Source of the DNA: Candidatus Marinacidobacterium sp.
GTDB lineage: Bacteria > Acidobacteriota > Vicinamibacteria > Marinacidobacterales > Marinacidobacteraceae
Length of the DNA: 64,000 nucleotides
Assembly (NCBI GenBank): GCA_965220965.1
Contig: OZ244852.1
Location: 800,001 to 864,000, forward strand
Direction of reading: 5' to 3'
Numbering within the stretch: position 1 is the first letter of the stretch; each line of letters starts with the position of its first letter. The notes beneath the pieces were generated by a model. It was given only the letters and a program-made list of their open reading frames with translations. It did not search any database and was not told where the DNA came from. Positions 57,902 through 64,000 of the stretch are shown one piece after another. The position numbers and the translations under genes were made by a program.

Positions 57902-58987
57902 TTACGGGAGGTCGGGGGGGCTGAAGATCTGCGCGCCGCTCTGGCACTCGAGCGTGCCGAGGAACGCCAGGATGTCGGCGATCTGAGCGTCGTCCAGGTT
58001 GCGGTCCTGCAGCTCGTCGCGGTCGATGTAGGGGTTGTCGAGGCCGCCGCTGGCCATGATCCGCACCGCCTCTTCCAGCGTCGCCACGCTGCCGTTGTGG
58101 AAGTAGGGGGCGCTCTTCGTGATGTCCCGCAGCGTGGGCGTCTTGAACGCTCCCTGGCAGGCCTCGTCCTCCGTCGTGCTGCACCGGTCGGCTTCGGTGA
58201 CGACCCATCGGCCCAGATCGGGATCCTCGGCGTCCATCCCGATCCCCACGTTGTGGTAGAGCATGTCGGTGAACAGCACGCCGGAGTGGCACACCGCGCA
58301 TCCGGCCTCCGCGGTGAAGAGTTCGGCGCCCCGCTGGGCCGCTTCAGGGATGGTCGACTCGCCGCGGCGCCAGCCGTCGTAGGCGGTGTCGCCGCAATAG
58401 AAGGCGTCGCGCTCGAACGAGGCGATGGCCTGCACGACGTTCTCGGGAGTGGCCGGACCGCCGAACACCGCCTCGAACTGCTCCCGGTACCCGGGGATGG
58501 CGTTCAGCGATTCGACGACCGCGTCCGCGTCGGCGCCCATGTTGCCGCCGGTCCAGGCCGCCATCGCCTGCGCCTCGAGCGAGCCGCTGCGCCCGTCCCA
58601 GTAGAACTCGGTGTGGTAGGCGATGTTCCAGAGCGTCGGGCTGGAGCGCGTGAGCACCCGGCCGAGAGCCCCTTCCGCGACCGGCAATCCGTCGGTCAGC
58701 CCGTTCTCGACGAGGTGGCAGCTATAGCAGGAGCGCGTCCCATCGGCGGAGAGCCGGGTGTCGAAGTAGAGCTGCTTGCCGAGCGCCACCTTTTCGGGCG
58801 TCTGCGGATTGTCCGGCGGGATGACCGGCGCCGCGAAGTCGGCGGGAGGTCCGGGAACGAACGCCGTCTCCTCGGGGACATCCTCCGCGACCGGATCCTC
58901 GCCGGCCGGCGCGCAGCCGATCACGAAGCCGCCGACGGCGAGTGCGATCCCCAGGGACAGGAGGGCAAACAGGACGAATGGACGCAT
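57902..58987 (-). CDS. Di-heme cytochrome c peroxidase (CcP/MauG family), lipoprotein
   Basis: IGC lipobox; LGKQLYFD.RLS, CYSCH, P.LWN, WDGR, CAVCH, FKTPTLR, PYFHNGS. Confidence 0.92.
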   Translation of the reverse strand: MRPFVLFALLSLGIALAVGGFVIGCAPAGEDPVAEDVPEETAFVPGPPADFAAPVIPPDNPQTPEKVALGKQLYFDTRLSADGTRSCYSCHLVENGLTDGLPVAEGALGRVLTRSSPTLWNIAYHTEFYWDGRSGSLEAQAMAAWTGGNMGADADAVVESLNAIPGYREQFEAVFGGPATPENVVQAIASFERDAFYCGDTAYDGWRRGESTIPEAAQRGAELFTAEAGCAVCHSGVLFTDMLYHNVGIGMDAEDPDLGRWVVTEADRCSTTEDEACQGAFKTPTLRDITKSAPYFHNGSVATLEEAVRIMASGGLDNPYIDRDELQDRNLDDAQIADILAFLGTLECQSGAQIFSPPDLP

Positions 58988-59126
58988 GAAGTGGAACCTC
59001 CTGGGGATCCCGGGGAGACGGGACCCGGGCGCGGGAACGCGAAATGCTACCAGCCGTTCCGGCCGGTTCCGGGGCGTTCCGCCGTTGCTGGAACGGCCCC
59101 CGCCGTTCCGCGATAGGCTCTGCTTC

Positions 59127-60023
59127 GTGCGTCGCCCGGCCCGCGGAAGAGTCATCGGGGGCGGCCTGTTGCTTGTGGCGCTCGCGGCCGCGGGGGTCGC
59201 CGCCTCGGGCGCGCTTTCGCCGTTCACCGCGTGGCAGGCGCCGCCGCCGCCGGCCGCGCCCTCGGGCCTCGCCCTCCAGCCCAGCAGGCAGGAGCTTCGC
59301 GAGATGATCGCGGCGGCCACCGGAAGAGGGCGCCGGGGGCGCGACCGGGACCCGTTCGGGGTGGGCCCGAAGGGCATCCACGACTTCTATTTCACCCGCG
59401 CCGCCTACTCGAGTTACGGATGGCGGGGCTGGCAGGTGGACTACCCGAAGGCCGACCGGCAATTCCTGATCGGCCTCCAGCGCCTGACCAATCTGGACTC
59501 CTACGCGATGGAAAACGGGGTCCTGCTCACCGACCCCGACCTGGGCCGCTTCCCCTTCCTCTACGCGGTCGAGGTGGGCCACATGCAGATGTCCGAGCCC
59601 GAGGTTCTGGCGCTCCGCCGGTATCTGCATCAGGGCGGCTTCCTGGTGGTGGACGACTTCTGGGGAACCTACGAGTGGCTCAACTTCGCGGGTGAAATGG
59701 GCCGCGTCCTCCCGGGCCGCCCGATCGAGGACATCCCGCTCGACCACCCGCTGTTCCACTCGTTCTACCAGGTGGACGAGATCGTTCAGGTGCCCAACGT
59801 GGGGCAGGGGATCCGGGGCGGTCCGACCTGGGAGCGGGATGGCTACACCCCGGTGGTCCGGGGCATCTTCGACGACGAGCGGCGGCTCATGGTGCTCATC
59901 AACTGGAACACCGACCTCGGGGACGCCTGGGAGTGGGCCGAGGACCCGCGTTACCCGCTGACGTATTCGCTCTACGCCTACGAGATGGGAATCAACTTCA
60001 TCATCTACGCCATGACCCACTGA
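59127..60023 (+). CDS. DUF4159-domain protein
   Basis: W..DYP.AD, PFLY..E.G, LR.YL..GGF...DDF, HPLF.SFY, N.DLGD.WE, MG.N...YA.TH. Confidence 0.85.
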   Translation: MRRPARGRVIGGGLLLVALAAAGVAASGALSPFTAWQAPPPPAAPSGLALQPSRQELREMIAAATGRGRRGRDRDPFGVGPKGIHDFYFTRAAYSSYGWRGWQVDYPKADRQFLIGLQRLTNLDSYAMENGVLLTDPDLGRFPFLYAVEVGHMQMSEPEVLALRRYLHQGGFLVVDDFWGTYEWLNFAGEMGRVLPGRPIEDIPLDHPLFHSFYQVDEIVQVPNVGQGIRGGPTWERDGYTPVVRGIFDDERRLMVLINWNTDLGDAWEWAEDPRYPLTYSLYAYEMGINFIIYAMTH

Positions 60024-60072
60024 GCGCCCCCCGGCGGCGGTGCGCTCTCTCTCGTAAATCCGGTCCGGATCG

Positions 60073-62412
60073 ATGTTCTCCCGCGCGGTCGAGTGGCTCT
60101 TCGGAAGCCCCCCGGTCGCCTTCTCCCGGGGAGATCTCGACCTCCTCGTGGCGTGGCCGGCGTATTTCGCGGGCGTCGTCCTCATCGCGGCGGTCGTGTG
60201 GTTCCTCCTCGGGTATCGCGCCGCCGGCGTCCGGGTCCGGCCCGTCGAGCGCATCCTGCTGGCCGCGGCCCGGGCGGGCGCGATCGCGCTCGCCGCGCTG
60301 TGCCTGCTTCGGCCCCAGCTCGTGGTGTCGCTCACCGTGCCGCAGGAGAACCTCGTCGCGGTCCTCCTCGACGACTCGGCCAGCATGGGAATCCGCGATG
60401 TCGCGGGCGGCGAACAGGCCCGGAGCGACGCGCTGCTGGCGGCGTTCCCGGCCGACCCGGACGAGGACCCCGATGCGCTGGGACCCCGCCTCGAAGAGGA
60501 GTTCGTCACCCGCTTCTTCCGTTTCGCCGGGGACTCGGGACGGATCGACTCGCCCCGGGACCTCACGTTCTCCGGCGCGCGCACCGACCTCGCCCGCGCG
60601 CTCACCCGCGCGGTGGACGAGCTGGCATCGCTGCCGCTCGCTGGCGTCGTCCTGCTGACCGACGGGGCGCAGACGGTCGGAGGCGAGGCGGACGAGGGGC
60701 TCGAGGAGGCGCTGCTCGACCTGCGGGGACGCGGATTGCGCGTCTACCCGGTGGCGTTCGGGGAGTCGAGCGCGGAGGCCGACCTGGAACTGGTCAGCCC
60801 GGATCTCCCGGCGCGCGTCGTCCAGGGCTCGCTCGTCGAGGTGCGGGCGCGGATCCGCGCCCGGGGACTCGCCGGCCGGACGGCGCGCTTCGAGGTGCTC
60901 GACGAAGGGCGCATCCTGACCCAGGAGACGGTCCGCTTCGGCTCGGACGACGAAGAGACGACCGTTGTCGCGTTCGCCCCGGCGAACGACCCGGGCGCCC
61001 GGCGACTCCGGCTTCGCGTCGCCCCGTTCACCGGGGAGACCGTCGTGCGGAACAACGAGCAGCGCGCGCTCCTGCTCGTCGAGGATCGCCCGGCGCGGAT
61101 CCTCTACTTCGAGGGGCAGCCCCGCTGGGAGATGAAGTTCCTGCGGCGCGCCGTCGAGGCGGATGAGGGACTCCAGGTCGCGAGCCTGCTCCGGACCGCG
61201 GAGGGCAAGTTCTACCGGCTGGGCGTCAGCGGACCCGACGAGCTCGCCGGAGGCTTCCCGGACACCCGGGAGGAGCTGTTCGAATACGACGCCATCATCC
61301 TCGGGGGCGTCGAGGCCGGGTTCTTCACCCAGGACCAGCTCAACATGCTCCGCGACTTCGTCAGCCAGCGCGGCGGCGGCCTGCTCACCCTCGGCAGCGG
61401 GCGCTCCTACGGGAGGGGCGGGTACCGGGGCACGCCGCTCGCCGAGATCCTCCCGCTGACGCTCCCCGACGCCATGGAGACCGGGTCCGGGCCGCGTCCG
61501 GAGGATCTCCGCGAACTGCAGGTCCAGCCGACCCGGGCGGGGGCCAGCCATCCGGTCGTGCGGCTCGACCCCGATCCCGGACTCAACGCCTCCCGCTACC
61601 GCGAGCTGCCCCTGCTGTCCACGGTGAACCTGGCGATGACCGCGAAACCCGGCGCCATCACCCTGCTCGAGGGGACCGGACCCGGCGGGGAGAGCGAGCC
61701 GGTCCTGCTGTTCCAGCGCTTTGGCCGCGGCCGGGTGGCGAGTCTCACCGTCCAGGACCTCTGGCTCTGGCAGATGGACGTCTCGGTCCCGCTCGAGGAC
61801 GAGACACACGAGACGCTCTGGAGGCGGCTGCTGCGCTGGCTGGCGGCCGACGCGCCCCGCCGGGTCGAGGCCTCGCTGGCGCCGGTCCGGTCGCTCCCGG
61901 GAGAGCCGGTGACGATCCGGGCGCGCGTCGAGGACGAACGGTTCCTCGCGGTGAACAACGCCGAGGTCGAGGCGTGGATCACCGCGCCCGACGGCGAGTC
62001 GCCGCCGGTCCCGCTCCTGTGGACGGGCGAGGCCGACGGCGAGTACTCCGGAGTCTTCGTCCCGGCCACCGCCGGGCTCCACCAGGTCGAGGTGCGCGCC
62101 GCCGGCGGCTTCGTCGGGGAGGGCGCGGCGCCGGGGAGCGCCGAGGCCTGGGCCGAGGTCGGGGCGGTGGATGACGAGTTCTTCGGCGCCGGGACCGACC
62201 GGGAGCTGCTTCGCCGGATCGCCGACTCGACCGGAGGCCAGATGTTCGAGGTGGACGGCGCCGAGGACCTGGTGGACCATCTGAGCATCGGCGAATCGGG
62301 CGCCACCGTCGTGGAGCGGCGCGATCTGTGGAACCAGCCCGGGGTGTTCCTCCTGCTGCTTGCGCTTCTCGCGGCGGAGTGGTGCGGTCGCTCGCTCCGC
62401 GGGATGGCCTGA
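60073..62412 (+). CDS. Membrane protein with vWA, Ig-like and glutamine-amidotransferase-like domains
   Basis: 2 N-terminal TMs, LLDDSASM/TDL/LLTDG MIDAS, ILYFEGQPRWE.KFLRR, YD.IIL, FV..RGGGLL, G.GRV, C-terminal TM AAEW..R. Confidence 0.8.
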   Translation: MFSRAVEWLFGSPPVAFSRGDLDLLVAWPAYFAGVVLIAAVVWFLLGYRAAGVRVRPVERILLAAARAGAIALAALCLLRPQLVVSLTVPQENLVAVLLDDSASMGIRDVAGGEQARSDALLAAFPADPDEDPDALGPRLEEEFVTRFFRFAGDSGRIDSPRDLTFSGARTDLARALTRAVDELASLPLAGVVLLTDGAQTVGGEADEGLEEALLDLRGRGLRVYPVAFGESSAEADLELVSPDLPARVVQGSLVEVRARIRARGLAGRTARFEVLDEGRILTQETVRFGSDDEETTVVAFAPANDPGARRLRLRVAPFTGETVVRNNEQRALLLVEDRPARILYFEGQPRWEMKFLRRAVEADEGLQVASLLRTAEGKFYRLGVSGPDELAGGFPDTREELFEYDAIILGGVEAGFFTQDQLNMLRDFVSQRGGGLLTLGSGRSYGRGGYRGTPLAEILPLTLPDAMETGSGPRPEDLRELQVQPTRAGASHPVVRLDPDPGLNASRYRELPLLSTVNLAMTAKPGAITLLEGTGPGGESEPVLLFQRFGRGRVASLTVQDLWLWQMDVSVPLEDETHETLWRRLLRWLAADAPRRVEASLAPVRSLPGEPVTIRARVEDERFLAVNNAEVEAWITAPDGESPPVPLLWTGEADGEYSGVFVPATAGLHQVEVRAAGGFVGEGAAPGSAEAWAEVGAVDDEFFGAGTDRELLRRIADSTGGQMFEVDGAEDLVDHLSIGESGATVVERRDLWNQPGVFLLLLALLAAEWCGRSLRGMA

Positions 62413-63422
62413 TGATCGCGGCCGCGGCGCTGATCGCCGGCCTCTCGCTGGCCCCGTCCGCGGCGATGGCGAGCGACCGGGCTCTCATCGTCGTGGCCGG
62501 CGTCGGGGGCAGCCCCGAGCACCGCGAGCGGTTCACCGGCTGGGCGGTCTCGCTGTGTGAGGCCGCGCACCTCGGCCCCCGACCGCCGCGAGTCGAGCTG
62601 CTGGTCGAGCGGCCCGACCCCGAGGCTTCGGGCGTGTGCGCCCCCACCGGGCGCAGCCGCCGCGAGGAGATCGCCGCCCGGCTCTCCGCCGCCCGCGAGG
62701 ACGAGGAGCTGATGCTCGTGCTCATCGGGCACGGCAGCCGCGATCCCGGGGCGCGCTTCAACCTTCCCGGGCCCGACCTCTCGCCCGCCGATCTTGCCGG
62801 CATGCTCGACGGCTACGGCGGCGAGGTCACGGTGGCGCACCTCGGAAGCGCCTCCGGCGCGTTCCTCCCCGCGCTCTCCGGTCCGCGGCGGGTCATCCTC
62901 ACCGCGACCACCGCCACCCAGGCGAACGAGACCCGGTTCCCGAAGCATTTCGTCGAGGCGCTCACCGCGCGCGACGGGGAGGACGACCTCGACGCCGACC
63001 GGAACAAGGACGGGGTGCTGACCGCCCTCGAGGCCTTCGACTTCGCCCGCGCCGCGGTGGAGCGCGAGTACGAGGAGGCCGGCCTGCTGCGGACCGAGCA
63101 CCCGCTCCTCGACGACAACGGCGATGGCGCGGGCAGCCGCGAGCCCGGAACCGATCCGGGCGCGGACGGCGTTCTCGCCTCCCGCACCGCCGTGCTCCTC
63201 CTCGAGGGGACCGCGGCGCTCGAGGCGGCGGCGGCGGAAGACAACGAGGAGTTGCGCGCGCTCCTCGAGCGGCGCGACGAGCTGGCGGCGCAGGTGGACG
63301 TGCTCCGGGCGACGCGCGACGCGATCGACGAGGAGACCTACCTCAACGAACTGGAGGATCTGCTCCTCGAGATCGCCGCTCTCAACGAGGAGATCAGCGC
63401 CCTCCGGGAGCCGGGCTCGTGA
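62412..63422 (+). CDS. Exported caspase/clan-CD-fold-like hypothetical protein with coiled-coil tail
   Basis: Signal peptide, VLIGHGS, SASG.F, DADRNKDGVLT..EAF, TEHPLLDDNGDG; TGATG coupling. Confidence 0.6.
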   Translation: MIAAAALIAGLSLAPSAAMASDRALIVVAGVGGSPEHRERFTGWAVSLCEAAHLGPRPPRVELLVERPDPEASGVCAPTGRSRREEIAARLSAAREDEELMLVLIGHGSRDPGARFNLPGPDLSPADLAGMLDGYGGEVTVAHLGSASGAFLPALSGPRRVILTATTATQANETRFPKHFVEALTARDGEDDLDADRNKDGVLTALEAFDFARAAVEREYEEAGLLRTEHPLLDDNGDGAGSREPGTDPGADGVLASRTAVLLLEGTAALEAAAAEDNEELRALLERRDELAAQVDVLRATRDAIDEETYLNELEDLLLEIAALNEEISALREPGS

Positions 63423-64000
63423 GGCTCGGACTCTTCGCGCTCGCCGGGGCGCTCGGGTTCGGCCTGTCGGGCCCGTCGGCGGCGTCCGGCTGGCCGGAGG
63501 GACCGGAGGCGGCGGCCGCGGCCCTGCGAAGCGGGGACTGGGAGGCCGCCGAACGCGAGTACCGCGGCTTCGTGGAGGGCCCTGGCTGCGCGCGCGACGC
63601 GGCCGCTGGCGAGAGCTGCATCGCGGCGCGCCGCGGCCTCGCCGAGACGCTGCGCCTCACCGGTCGCTACGCCGACGCCGTCGAGGTCCTCGAAGCGGAG
63701 GCGGCGTCGTCGTCGCCCGGCGTCCTGCTGGACCGGGCCCGGATCCATCTGGAGGTCGGGGAAGCGGGCGCCGCGTCCGGGCTGCTCCGGCGGCTGCTGG
63801 TGGCGCCCGGCCCCGGTTCGCTCTCCGAGACGGTCGAGGCGGCGTCGCTTCTCGGGCGCCTCGAACTGCGGCTCGGGGAGCGCGAGTCCGGGCTGGCCCG
63901 CCTCGACGGGGTGCTGGACGCCTACAACACCGCGCCGGTCGCGGCGTTCACGCCGCGCGGCCTGGTCGCGGTGGGGACCGCGGCGGCGACCCTCGGCTTC
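63419..64000 (+). CDS. Exported TPR protein (5' part, runs off window)
   Basis: GTG overlapping the previous stop; signal peptide; ALRSGDWEAAE, TGRYADAVEVL TPR-like units. Confidence 0.7.
   Translation, partial: MRLGLFALAGALGFGLSGPSAASGWPEGPEAAAAALRSGDWEAAEREYRGFVEGPGCARDAAAGESCIAARRGLAETLRLTGRYADAVEVLEAEAASSSPGVLLDRARIHLEVGEAGAASGLLRRLLVAPGPGSLSETVEAASLLGRLELRLGERESGLARLDGVLDAYNTAPVAAFTPRGLVAVGTAAATLGF

Overview
Very GC-rich (roughly 70%+, estimated by eye), densely coding bacterial chromosome segment. The gene complement suggests Acidobacteriota (acidobacterial-type VWFA protein, bshC, HTSINPNK-type ArgRS, accB-accC-thiE order); this is inference only. It holds housekeeping genes (leuCD, tag, accBC, thiE, folD, coaE, kdsC-like, pyrG, ubiE/menG, tatA/C, msrA, metH, argS, lepB, bshC, a bifunctional HMT/MTHFR) and a type IVa pilus system split into three units (pilMNOPQ; pilT-pilC-pilA-ABC-pilD; pilV-pilX-pilY1-pilW), with no pilB in the window. 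There is also a kinase/PLP-phospholyase catabolic operon, a di-heme peroxidase and the start of an uncharacterised DUF4159/vWA/caspase-like/TPR envelope operon. I found no rRNA, tRNA, CRISPR array or transposase. The most notable unexplained signals are: (i) a tandem ~67-nt hairpin element between tatC and ctpA whose substitutions preserve pairing only on the minus strand (candidate novel structured RNA); (ii) a bipartite motif at near-identical spacing upstream of all three pilus units; (iii) a shared acidic-tract-Gly-Tyr motif in two minor pilins; (iv) a DAACS transporter with a rewritten cation-binding motif; (v) TANNNT boxes just ahead of start codons, suggesting leaderless mRNAs. Start codons were re-picked from the ORF track using overlaps and recalled family features; no database searches were run.
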